From: Raja brachyura
Taxonomy: Eukaryota
Length of the DNA stretch: 64,000 bases
Reading direction: 5' to 3'
NCBI GenBank assembly: GCA_963514005.1
Contig: OY740812.1
Span: 12,772,001-12,836,000, forward strand
Shown here: positions 12,939 to 23,559 of the stretch, piece after piece
How the letters are laid out: each line of letters opens with the position of its first letter
Numbering within the stretch: the stretch's first letter is position 1
Translations under genes and position numbers: made by a program
Notes under the pieces: generated by a model
Databases searched by the model: none
What the model was told of the DNA's origin: nothing
The model's input: the letters and a program-made list of their open reading frames with translations, nothing else

Positions 12939-14149
12939 CTGTGATTGGGAAAGAATTAGCATGTAACTGTCTTCATTGTACAGCAAAATGAATTAAAAGA
13001 CAATGTTTTCAACCAATGTTGTTTTAATGACAGGGACAGTCAAGCCCAACCACTCAACCCCATTCTGTTGACATGGGTTTGTAACAGAAAACAAAAAGCA
13101 GAACACTCATGGAGGCGACATGCACATCATTTGTTAAATCAACCCAGCTATACTTTTGAGAATGAAGCAGTGCACTAAGGTAGTGTAAATGGAGCTCTAC
13201 CATCTCATTAGCTGAAGTTGTCTTCGGAGTAACGGGAGTGATTAACTTTAACATTGGGTATCTAAAAATCTTGCAATTATGTTAATGGATATATAAACAG
13301 TGATTATCTCAGTCACAGGAATTGAAGGGAGAAATACTCTGAGCCTAGTGATGTAGGGATTGGATGAACATTCAAACAACAACTTGATGTTAAGAAGAAT
13401 TGAGCTCTATTGCACTTGGATTTACCATCTACCTGAACTAGCATGTCCCTTGTGCTGCCCAGTAACTAGCATTTAGCAGGGATTAGAGGATTACTGAACA
13501 CTGTTGGTGGGACCTCCATTCTAGGAGACAACCCTAGCATCCCTCCCATATCAGATTTGGAGGAAGACACCGCATTGGAAACTATGGGTACATAGATTCT
13601 ATACAGGACATAGAAATTATGGGAGACTGGAGGCAGAAGAAAGAAGATTCCCATCCCGAAACGTCACCTATTCCTTTTCTCCAGAGATGCTGCCTGACCG
13701 GCTGAGTTTCTCCAACATTTAGTGTCTATCTTCGGTATAAACCAGCATCTACAGTTCCCTTCTACATAAGCTGTATTAGGAAATACTTAACAGAGAGAGT
13801 GCTCCATTCATAGCTGCTGAGAGAGGCCTAGAAATCAGTTAAGAAGCAGTTATCAGCTTTGAATGTATCACTGCATCTCAGGAATTTTGAATGTTGATGG
13901 GCTGAACAACCTTCCTCATAATTCTCTTGCACCATCTTGTGAGGAAGATCACAATGATCAAGAAATTCATAAAAAGAATATGGCTGTAATGTGATGTATT
14001 ACAGGGAAAACAAAGAGAAAGATTATCAAAAAAGAAATTTAGAAAAGGCAGTAATACTTAAAAGTTATTTATCTATTATCTAAAATGACCGTATAAGTGG
14101 CAGGACAGTTAAAACCATTTCCCATATAACATTTTTATATTGTAACTGC

Positions 14150-15045
14150 AGACTGCAGACCTATTGGGTCTACTCACCCAATGCACCCGTTCCTTACACA
14201 TAGCCCCCATGGGAGGTGTGGACCTCCAACTTAAATTCATTGGAATCTTACTGTTCCCGAACGTAAGATTCCAGCACTTCCCTTGCCTTCCTCAGCAGTG
14301 ATGTTTAAAAAAAATTCCAATTGCACTTGCCCTGCGTGTTGCCCTCCCCCCCTCTAGTTAAGCCATTGTGACATCATAATTTGAAGCTGGTTGGTTTGAA
14401 ATTCAAGGTAATCAATCACTAATAAGTCAAGAAATAAAGCATAAAATGTTCAGTGAAAGTGATATCTGCCTCGAGGGGAAAAATGTGAATCGGAATATGT
14501 AAAAATCTTGTGAAAGTTGGCATTTATAATGCTTTATTCGCAAATAATGTGTCAAACATAGGATGAAATCTTCATTGAGGCTTGATTTTTTAATACTTAA
14601 ATCAGTAATGACGAGAAAGAAGGCATAAAATGTTCAGTGAAAGTGATCTCGGCTCGAGGTGAAAATGTGAATCAGAATATGTAGAAATCTTGTGAAAGTT
14701 GGCATTTTTAAAGCTTTAATCGCAAATAACATGTCAAATATAGGATGAAATCTTCATTGAGGCTGGTTTCTGCTAGCTGAGCCATTGTGACGTCACCATT
14801 TGAAGCGGTTGGTTTTAATTTCAAAGTCTTTTCACTTTTTTAGGCTAATCAGTAATAAGTCGAGAAATAAAGCATGAAATGTTCAGATAAGGTGATCCCG
14901 GCCTCGACGGGAAAAATGTCAACCGGAATATGGAAACATTTTATCGTTACCGCATAGTTTTTTCGCGAAGATGTAAAGACACACACATATACACACACAT
15001 ACAAGATCAGAGTTTTAATAAATATATGATGATGATGATATGATA
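14150..15045 (+). mobile_element. Unclassified non-autonomous element with internal tandem duplications (Helitron/HINE-like ends)
   Basis: Internal block repeated at about 14437, 14622 and 14870; ends in (ac)n-gatcagagttttaataaatatatgat. Confidence 0.4.
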
Positions 15046-15444
15046 TACGGTATTTGTAGAAATAATGATTTGCCCTACATGTACATGCCATTATTAACAT
15101 TCCACATCAGTCTCTCCTCGCATGTGTTAACATGACTACATACTATATTTGGCCCTACTTACAGATGAACATCTAGGCACATACCCTTCATCATTAATAT
15201 TGACCTTAGTCCCAATATTTCCAGATGATCCCAGTCTCAACAGCTTTTTGTGGAAGAGTACTTGAAACTTTCATTACCCTCTACAAGAAGAATTTGTTTT
15301 TACTGTTAGTCTTGAATAATCCAGCATACATTTTAAGTTTTGCTCTCTTGTTTTGGATTTTCCCACCAGATAAATGTTATCGCTAACTTCCCTTCCAAAT
15401 CTCTTAATCATGATAAATATTTAAACTAGATTACTTATTAGATT

Positions 15445-16600
15445 ACTCCCCATGGAAGGTTGGTTAAGAAGGTTCAATCTTTGGGTGTTAATGACGGAGT
15501 AGCAAGATGGATTCAACAGTGGCTGAATGGGAGATGCCAGAGAGTAATGGTGGATGGCTGTTTGTCAGGGTGGAAGCCGGTGACCAGTGGGGTGCCTCAG
15601 GGATCTGTGTTGAGTCCACTGTTGTTTGTCATCAATGATCTAGATGATGGGGTGGAAAATTGGATAAGTAAGTATGCAGATGATACTAAGATAGGTGGTG
15701 CTGTGGATAATGAAGTAGATTTTCAAAGTCTACAGAGAGATTTGGGACATTCGGAAGAGTGGGCTGAAAGATGGCAGATGGAGTTTAATGCTGATATGTG
15801 TGAGCTGCTACATCTTGGCAGGACAAATCAAAATAGGACGTGCATGGTAAATGGTAGGGAATTGAGGAATGCTGTGGAACAGAGGGATCTAGGAATAACT
15901 GTGCATAGTTCCCTGAAGGTGGAATTGCATGTAGATAGGGTGGTAAAGAAAGCTTTTGGTGTGCTGGCCTTTATAAATCATAGCATTGAATGTAGGAGTA
16001 GGGAAGTGATGTTAAAATTGTACAAGGCATTGGTGAGACCAATTATGGAGTATTGTGTACAATTTTGGTCGCCTAATTATTGGAAGGATGTCAACAAAAT
16101 AGAGAGAGTACAGAGGAGATTTACTAGAATGTTGCCTGGGTTCCAGCAACTAAGTTACAGAGAAAGGTTGAACAAGTTAGGTCTTTATTCTTTGGAGCGC
16201 AGAAGGTTAAGGGGGGACTTGATTGAGGTCTTTAAAATGATGAAAGGGATATACAGAGTTGACGTGGATAAGCTTTTCCCATTGAGGGTAGGGAAGATTC
16301 AAACAAGAGGGCATGACATGAGAATTAAGGGATAGAAGTTTAGGGGTAACATGAGGGGGAACTTATTTACTCAGAGAGTGGTGGCTGTGTGGAATGATCT
16401 TCCAGCAGAAGTGGTGGAGGCAGGATCGATTTTAACATTTAAAAGTAAAGTGGATAGGTATATGGATGGGAAGGGAATGAAGGGGTATGGTCTGAGTGCA
16501 GGTAGATGGGACTAGGGGAAAATAAATGGTCAGCACGGACTGGAAGGGCCGAGAAGGCCTGTTTCCGTGCTGTAATTGTTATATGTTATATTATATGGTT
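15445..16600 (+). mobile_element. CR1-clade LINE, 5'-truncated, RT C-terminal half
   Basis: ORF 15460-16335 with SGVPQGSVL, SKYADDTK, ERVQRRFTRM, LYSLERRRLRGD; 3' tail ends in ttatatg repeats. Confidence 0.95.
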
Positions 16601-16680
16601 ATTGCAGGATTCTAAGAATCAGAGAGAATGTCATTGACTCAACACACCAGAATCTCCTTACTCTGGTATTGAATACTGAC

Positions 16681-16810
16681 CTTGGATAATTCCACTGGAA
16701 CACTGGCCTTTGCACTTGTTACCCCGGCACATGAATTCCAGGGTTGATTCCTTGCTCCTAATTTGTCTCGCATTTCCAGGGGCTTCAGATGTGAAGCTAG
16801 CACAATATCC
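16681..16810 (-). CDS. CCDC103: CCDC103 coding exon 2
   Basis: Translation (R)DIVLASHLKPLEMRDKLGARNQPWNSCAGVTSAKASVPVELSK with the conserved IVLASHLKPL and PWN motifs. Acceptor ttctttag, donor AAG|gtcagt; 130 nt, phases fit both neighbouring exons. Confidence 0.95.
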
Positions 16811-16994
16811 CTAAAGAATATAAATAGGATTTACTCACTGCATTTCTTCACATTCCCATCTCTACGAATTACTAAAATGTTCCCATGGCAAACAAAGTTA
16901 AAAGGAAAGACACATAAAATTAAATAGGAATTACACCTTGAAAATCTCTAATACGGCATTCGGTGGACCAGCATGTTTTGCTGTATGTATAAAG

Positions 16995-17612
16995 TCCCGG
17001 CGAGCCGCGCCGCCGACTGGAATGCGCCCCAGTACGCCCAACTTGCCCCACACTCCTCCAAGGTGACTGTGGAGAAGCCGGGTGGCGAGGTTTGTCTGGG
17101 CCGAAGAAGCCTCAGTGGCAGCGGCGATGGAAGCCTCAGGTGTGGTAGGAGCCTCGGCAGCGGGAGTCACGGCGGCGGTGGGCCTCGCGGTCATCCCGCG
17201 ATCAGCAGTCGACGAGCGTGAGGGAGTGGGGGTGGGGGGAAGGGGAAGACAATGGGGACCCGCTGTTGGGGGACCGCCGTGAAGAACAATAGTGGACCCA
17301 GCGTTGCGTGACCACTGTGAAGAACAACACAGGGCCCGGCGTGCGGGGACCGCCGTGAGGGACGGTGGGAGAACAAAAGGGGACCCGGTGTGGGGCACTC
17401 TAGTTTTAGAATCCTCTGCCCAAGGGATAAGCCTGCATTTGTTTGTTTGCTTGTTCACTCCGGTTAAGGCACTGTGCACATGGCAGCCAGCCAACAGTCG
17501 CTTGTCTTTTTTTTCACTTTTAATTTCAAGTTTTCATGTACCTTCTTGTGTGTGTGACTGTTGGCAGACCAATTTCCCTACGGGGATGAATAAAGTTCTT
17601 TCGTATCGTTTA
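16995..17612 (+). mobile_element. GC-rich non-autonomous retroelement with an L2/Rex-type tail
   Basis: CpG-rich body with internal direct repeat gggaccgccgtga; ends aatttccctacggggatgaataaagtt. Confidence 0.45.
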
Positions 17613-18967
17613 TTAATTAATTAATTCTAACCAAGAGCTAACTAAGATCTAAAATTAACTAAAATCTGTATTAGCCTGTGCTACTGAACTTACCAGTTCA
17701 GTTTTTGAAATCTCAGCCAATGGTAAACTCAATTTACGGCATTTTCAAATTACAGAAACTTAGGTGACAGACAGTTCTTGGAACCTTTACATGACCTGGA
17801 GAATGTCTATATTTAAAAATAACAGTTGTCCTGCTCAGAGGAAGATGATCTGGGGCAATTTCTGCAGTCCAGCACCAGGCAAGTCCAAAGTATCCCAGAA
17901 TATAGAATTTCAACCAATCGTACAATTTTCTATGTATCACACGCATTGAATTCTACAGCAAATGTAAAAAGCATTCAGGGGCTTTTAATCAAGCTAAAAA
18001 TTCTATTAACAATTTTTTTTCCAAATTAAAATAATAGAATCTGCCTCGGGTTGTCAGTAATGACGTTAGTGTTGAGTGATTTTTCTGACACAGGACAAAC
18101 ACAAATAATTCTAAAGTGAGGGCGATAATCACTTATTCTATAATCACAATAATAGAAAGCAAAATGTCAAATGTGTGAAGTTATAGACAACATCAAATAC
18201 TGCTTGGATTTGTTAAAATATTGAAAATATCAACTTCTTCAAAAGCCTTGGTGAGAGACTTTGACTGTCCGATGCCAATTCTATCTGCATCCATTGCTAC
18301 TCAATAGAGCTGCACAAAGGAGTTTCAGAACAAGATTTTTCTAATTACTGGGCTGACTCTTTCCTGAAAAGTAATTGCACAATTAATTAATCGGCAAATA
18401 GGCAGAAAGTCTAAGGAAAGAGGGGTCACACCACTAGCTTTATCCCAGAACATGCTGTCTGATTTATGCCATTTTGCTATTTACCGCACAATAACAGCAT
18501 TGTGCATTTAGCCTACTGTTAGTTGTACAAACATGTTAGATTTGCTTGTTAATTTAAACTCATTACGGAAAGCAGATCTCATGCACAACAGTACAAGGAC
18601 TCTAAATAAGATAATGCAAATGTAATCCCAATTAATCTCTTTGCTCCGTGAGAACAATTTAAACTGGGATCACATTACAACAGGTAGTAATTTTTTTCTT
18701 AAAGACTTCTGAAATGTCAAACTTTAAACTTTTACATTTTATTTCACTTCTCTATTTTTTTCCTTACTCTCAACCCAATTTCTATTTTCTGCTTGAGATT
18801 TGACTCCAAATCATCTTGTTTCATTTTCTTTTGCTTCTCAATCCTGCAGTTCATTAAAATCTTCATCTCAAACGCTTAGAGTGCTGCCCTAAACTAATCC
18901 CAAATCCCTGTTTGTTGTGAAATTAATCAGTACTCAGGTAATGGAAGTGAACTAGCTTCTCAAGAAA

Positions 18968-19325
18968 AACTTGCATTTACATAGTGCCTCGCACATCTCT
19001 TTGAAAACATCCAAAAGCGCCTTTTAGCCAAATAAGTGTTTTAATGTACTGTCACCATTGCAATGTAAGAAACACCAAAACTGTTTTTAGCATGTGGAAA
19101 GTAGGGTAAATTTGTAAGAGGACAGTAGTCAGAAGGAAGTAACTTGTGCACAACAGGCTTCCAAAAAGAGGAAAATGTTGATGAGCAAATAAACTGTTTT
19201 AGATAACATTATGTAAGAATAAATATTATGCAGGACACCAGTGTACATCTAGCTACACTTCAAAGCAATGCCAAAGGATCTTTTACCTATAAGTGAAAAA
19301 ATGTAATACATTGGCTCAATGTTTA
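18968..19325 (-). mobile_element. Ancient DeuSINE (SacSINE1/AmnSINE-like) relic
   Basis: acttgcattta.atag.gcc start and aataaatatt..caggacacc, ggatcttttac motifs recalled from the family consensus; related copy at 59590-59900. Confidence 0.55.
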
Positions 19326-19540
19326 ATTTAGTTTAGAGATACAGTGTGAAAACAAGCCTTTCGGCCCACCGAGTCCACACTGCCTAACATATGCCTTGTA
19401 CACTCGTTCTATCCTGCACACTAGGAACAATTATTTACAGAAGTCAATTAACTTACAAATTTGCATGTCTTTGGAATGTGGCGGAATATGGAGCACCCGG
19501 AGAAAACCCAAGCGATCACAGACAACAGACAGACTCTGTA
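19325..19540 (-). mobile_element. HE1-type V-SINE 3' half
   Basis: (tttag)n tail and ggagcacccggagaaaaccca domain. Confidence 0.75.
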
Positions 19541-19544
19541 TAGA

Positions 19545-21365
19545 CTGTATAACTCTGTATTGCCCTCCATCCTATCCCCCTTTGTTAAATCCCTCCCCAC
19601 CTATGTTCAAGACACCTCAGACACTCTCCGTCGGCTCCGCGCATTCCATTCCCCAGGCCCCATCCTCTCATTTTCACCATGGACGTCCAGTCACTCTACA
19701 CCTCCATCCCCCACCAGGATGGTCTCAAAGCCCTCCGGTACTTCCTCGACCAGAGGAGCAACCCATACCCGTCCACTGACACCCTCCTCCGCCTAGCGGA
19801 GTTGGTCCTTACCCTCAATAACTTCTCTTTTGACTCCTCCCATTTCCTCCAAACACAAAGTGTAGCTATGGGCACACACATGGGCCCCAGCTACGCTTGC
19901 CTCTTTGTCGGGCACATCGAACAATCTTTGTTCTCGGTGTATCAGGGCCCCACCCCTGACCTCTACCTCCGTTACATCGACGACTGCTTTGGTGTCACCT
20001 CCTACACCCACACACAACTGACTGACTTCATCCATTTCACCACCAACTTCCATCAGGCACTCAAATGCACTTGGACCATTTCCGACATTTCCCTACCGTT
20101 CCTTGACCTCACCATCTCTATTGCAGGTGATACACTCCTGACCGACATCCACTACAAACCAACTGACTCCCACAGCTACCTGGACTACTCTTCCTCCCAC
20201 CCTGCTTCCTATAAGGACTCCATCCCCTATTCCCAATTCCTCCGTCTATGTCGCATCTGCTCCCAGGATGAGGTGTTCCACACCAGGTCATCACAAATGT
20301 GCTCATTCTTCAGAGAACGGGGATTCCCCTCCCCCACTATAGATGAGGCTCGCACCAGGGTCTCCTCCATACCCCGCAACACTGCCCTCTCTCCCCATTC
20401 CCCCACTCACAAAAAGGGCAGAGTCCCCCTGGTCCTCACCTTTCACCCCACCAGCCGGCACATACAACACATAGTCCTCCACCAGTTTCGCCACTTCCAA
20501 CGTGACCCCTCCACTCGCCACATCTTCCCATCTCCCCCCCGTCTGCCTTCTGCAAAGACCGCTCCCTCCGCAACTCCCATGTCAATTCTTCCCTTCCCTC
20601 CCGCTCCACCCCTTCCCCGGGCACTTTCCCTTGCAACCAAAAGAGATGCTGCACTTGTCCCTTCACCTCCCCCATCCACTCCTTTCAGGGACCCAAGCAG
20701 TCCTTCCAGGTCCGACAGAGGTTCACCTACACCTCCTCCAACCTCATCTACTGCATCCGTTGCTCCAGATGCCAGCTGATCTATATCGGTGAGACCAAGC
20801 GGAGGCTTGGCGATCGTTTCGCCGAACGCCTCCGCTCAGTCCGCAATAACCCACCCGACCTCCCGGTGGCTCAGCACTTCAACTCCCCCTCCCATTCCAT
20901 ATCCGACCTCTCAGTCCTGGGCCTCCTCCACGGCCAGAGTGAGCAACACCGCAAGTTGGATGAACAGCACCTCATATTCCGCTAGGGGAGTCTGCATCCT
21001 CTGGGCTTAAACATTGAATTTTCTCAATTCTGTTAACCCTGGCTGTCTCCTCCCCTTCCCACCTCTCCCTCAGCCCTCGGACCCTGGCATTCCTTCTCTC
21101 TCTATCTCTCCCCCACCCAAGTCGCACTAGCTTCTCATTTTCACACTACAAACAGCTTACAATGGCCTGTTTCCTTTATCATCGATACTTTTTTGCATAT
21201 CTTTCATTCATTGTTCTTTATCTCTCCATATCACCATCTATATCTCTCGTTTCCCTGATCCCTAACCAGTCTGAAGAAGGGTCTCGACCCGAAACGTCGC
21301 CTATCTCCTTCGCTCCTTAGATGCTGCTGCACCCACTGAGTTTCTCCAGCCTTTTGTGTACCCTG
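19545..21365 (+). mobile_element. Penelope-like retroelement, 5'-truncated: RT, GIY-YIG endonuclease and 3' pseudo-LTR, with frameshifts
   Basis: RT motifs DVQSLYTSIP, MGTHMGPSYACLF, YLRYIDD (ORF 19679-20779). In a shifted frame CNQKRCCTC...NLIYCIRCSRCQLIYIGET...HFN (GIY-YIG) ends at 21036 with a premature TAG at 20983. Lies antisense in a CCDC103 intron. Confidence 0.92.
21271..21298 (+). ncRNA. Minimal hammerhead ribozyme core in the Penelope pseudo-LTR
   Basis: CTGAAGA-A-GGGTC-TC-GACCC-GAAAC-GTC: CUGANGA box, hairpin stem II, GAAA box, loopless stem III and a GUC cleavage triplet. Stem I pairing is weak (2 bp visible). Confidence 0.6.
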
Positions 21366-21606
21366 CTGTTAATTCTTACCTGTCTATGATCTCCAGAGAT
21401 GATGCCTGACCCACTGAGTTACTCCATCACTTTGTGTCTCTTTTCTGTTAACAAGCATCTGCAATTCTTCATGTCCCCACAGGAGGCATATTACGTGTAA
21501 GGGAGTGACAGAGGTACCAAATGTCCTTCACAAAAGATGTAAACTTCACAAAATATGTGCACCTACAACATCTGAATGCAAATTTCGTTGATAGATTTAT
21601 CATTAC

Positions 21607-21749
21607 CTAAATTCTTCATATGATCCAACTTTCTGATGAATAGCCCTAAACTTGGCATCATTTTCTCGTTTATGTTTCTCATCGAGTGTCAAGGCGATTT
21701 GTAACTCCCGTTCCAGAGCCTGAAAATCAAGGGTCTCGCTTTCTTCCAT
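21607..21749 (-). CDS. CCDC103: CCDC103 (dynein axonemal assembly factor 19) coding exon 1
   Basis: Hand translation [47 protein letters not shown](R) matches the dynein-attachment N-terminal domain. Acceptor tgttttccag 11 nt before the ATG (exon starts 21760), donor AG|gtaatg; 143 nt, phase 2. Confidence 0.95.
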
Positions 21750-22304
21750 TTTTGTACCGACTGGAAAACAGAAAGATAATTAATCGTTAACGTATAGATT
21801 GCGGAGGGGATACAGATGGGAGGTGGTACAGATCAAAGATTATAGAGGAACTATAGAGGATTATAGAGGAACTATAATATTTGGTACAGATGGGAGAGTA
21901 CAGATGGGGGCAGTACAGATGTGGGGGTTGACGGTTGGACAGTTGGGTAGGCATTTCCATGGACAAGGCACAGGGACACACGGAGTTAATGCGGGCCAAT
22001 AGGGTGACTATAGATCATGGGCAACAAGGTCGGCATGGGCCGGATGGGCTGAAGTGCCCGTTTCTATGAGTACAACTGTGCGATCTAGCCTGAGGCAGTC
22101 TCTGGTTACTAGGATCCCCTCCTCTCGGCCCCATGACCCGTGCCCTCCCCCCTCACATCGGCCCGGTCAGCCAAGGTCCCTCTGTGCCCTCCGCTGGTGG
22201 TCCCGGCCCGATCAAACCGGGCTCGGCTCCACTCGGCCGACAGCAACACGGCGGGGCGGTTGGCGTTGCTGGGGCAGGGCCCCGGGCTCGGCTCGGCCGA
22301 CAGT

Positions 22305-22683
22305 AAGTAGTAACGCTGGGGGTAGTAACTCAGCATCACTGGAGATAAATCAATGGGTGACCTTCCTCTAGCTAACAATGTTGCCTTCAATGGCCCGGGT
22401 GACGTTTCGGGTCGAGACCCTTCTTCAGACTGAGTCAGGGGAGAGGGAGATACCGAGATAAGGAAGGGGAAGATGTGAAAATGAGACAAAGGCGGGGATG
22501 CGGCTCAAGGAAAATGAAAAAATAGATCATTGTTAGCTAGAAGAAGGTAACAACAAAGCACACAGATATATAAAATATAAACGAGGAGAGTCAGACTGGT
22601 CGGAGAACTGGGGAGGGATGTAGAGAGAGGGAAAGCAAGTTACTTAAAGTTGGAGAAGCCAATATTCATACCGCTGGGTGTAA
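22305..22683 (-). mobile_element. Penelope-like 3' end / pseudo-LTR fragment inserted in the promoter minisatellite
   Basis: Minus strand encodes the end of the GIY-YIG ORF (LHPAV..IGFSNFK-like), then a pyrimidine-rich UTR and the hammerhead core. Minisatellite units lie on both sides. Confidence 0.75.
22401..22428 (-). ncRNA. Second, identical minimal hammerhead core, sense to CCDC103
   Basis: The reverse complement of gacgtttcgggtcgagacccttcttcag is identical to 21271-21298. Confidence 0.6.
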
Positions 22684-23190
22684 GCGGTTGGCGTTGCTAG
22701 GGTCCGGGTTCGGCTCCACTTGGCCGGCAGTAGCTCGGGGCGGTTGGCGTTGCTGGGGTTCGGGTCCGGGTTCGGGTCCACTTGGCCGGCAGTAGCTCGG
22801 GGCGGTTGGCGTTGCTGGGGTTCGGGTTCGGGTTCGGGTTCGGGTTTGGGTTCGGCTTCACTCGGTCGGCAGTAGCTCGGGGCGGTTGGCGTTGCTGGGG
22901 TTCGGGTTCGGGTTTGGGTTCGGCTTCACTCGGTCGGCAGTAGCTCGGGGCGGTTGGCGTTGCTGGGGTTGGGGTTCGGGTTCGGGTTTGGGTTCGGCTT
23001 CACTCGGTCGGCAGTAGCTCGGGGCGGTTGGCGTTGCTGGGGTTGGGGTTCGGGTTCGGGTTTGGGTTCGGCTTCACTCGGTCGGCAGTAGCTCGGGGCG
23101 GTTGGCGTTGCTGGGGTTGGGGTTCGGGTTCGGGTTTGGGTTCGGCTTCACTCGGCCGGCAGTAGCTCGGGGCGGTTGGCGTTGCTAAGG
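22684..23190. repeat. GC-rich compound minisatellite, 7 full units plus a partial one
   Basis: gcggttggcgttgct recurs at 22684, 22740, 22802, 22882, 22950, 23024, 23098, 23172 (periods 56, 62, 80, 68, 74, 74, 74). Lengths differ by the number of GGGTT(C/T/G) hexamers. A diverged copy sits at 22256. Confidence 0.97.
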
Positions 23191-23225
23191 GCCGGGCCCC
23201 GCCCCCTTGCCAGGCCGCGCGCGTC

Positions 23226-23239
23226 GTTGCCTTGACAAT
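23226..23239. promoter_or_regulatory. RFX X-box-like element
   Basis: GTTGCCTTGACAAT matches GTTGCCATGGCAAC at 11 of 14 positions, upstream of a motile-cilia gene. Confidence 0.55.
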
Positions 23240-23559
23240 GGGCCTGCTGCCACGTGACACAGCCCGGCGGCGGCCTACGCTGAGCATGCCAGAGAGGAGG
23301 GGCTTGATAGGCCGCGGCCCGTGGCCTGGGCTCCGGCTGCGGAGTGGGCACCGAGCCCCTTGTTTGCCTGTAGATAGCCTGGCGTGTGAGTGGAGTGGTC
23401 TGCCGCCGCTGACGCGACTCAGGCACCAGAGGCAAGTAAGGCTGCATCTCTCCGTTGTTAGCTGCCCTATGGCGGTCGCAGTCGGTCCCTGCCGCTGGGC
23501 CTGCCCTTGCCTCCTCCACCACTCTCTGTGGATCAGATCCTGGCAACCTCTTTGTAAAT

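Larger units (their letters stand above)
22100..23500. promoter_or_regulatory. CpG island, likely bidirectional promoter of CCDC103 (minus) and a + strand transcript
   Basis: Very GC- and CpG-rich. GC box ccccgccccc 23197-23206, X-box-like gttgccttgacaat 23226-23239, E-box cacgtg 23251-23256. Minus-strand donor candidate gat|gtgagg at 22157/22156; plus-strand donor candidates at 23386 (gtgagt) and 23436 (gtaagg). Confidence 0.75.

Noticed and set aside
12939-12986. N-terminal part of track ORF 12480-12986
   Set aside because: Intronic; the exon starts at the acceptor at 12938.
16931-17624. Ala/Pro/Gly-rich ORFs on both strands
   Set aside because: Inside a GC-rich repeat element with a retroposon tail.
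22684-23190. CRISPR-like or true telomeric array
   Set aside because: The variable parts are hexamer expansions, not unique spacers; the host is a vertebrate; no TTAGGG units.
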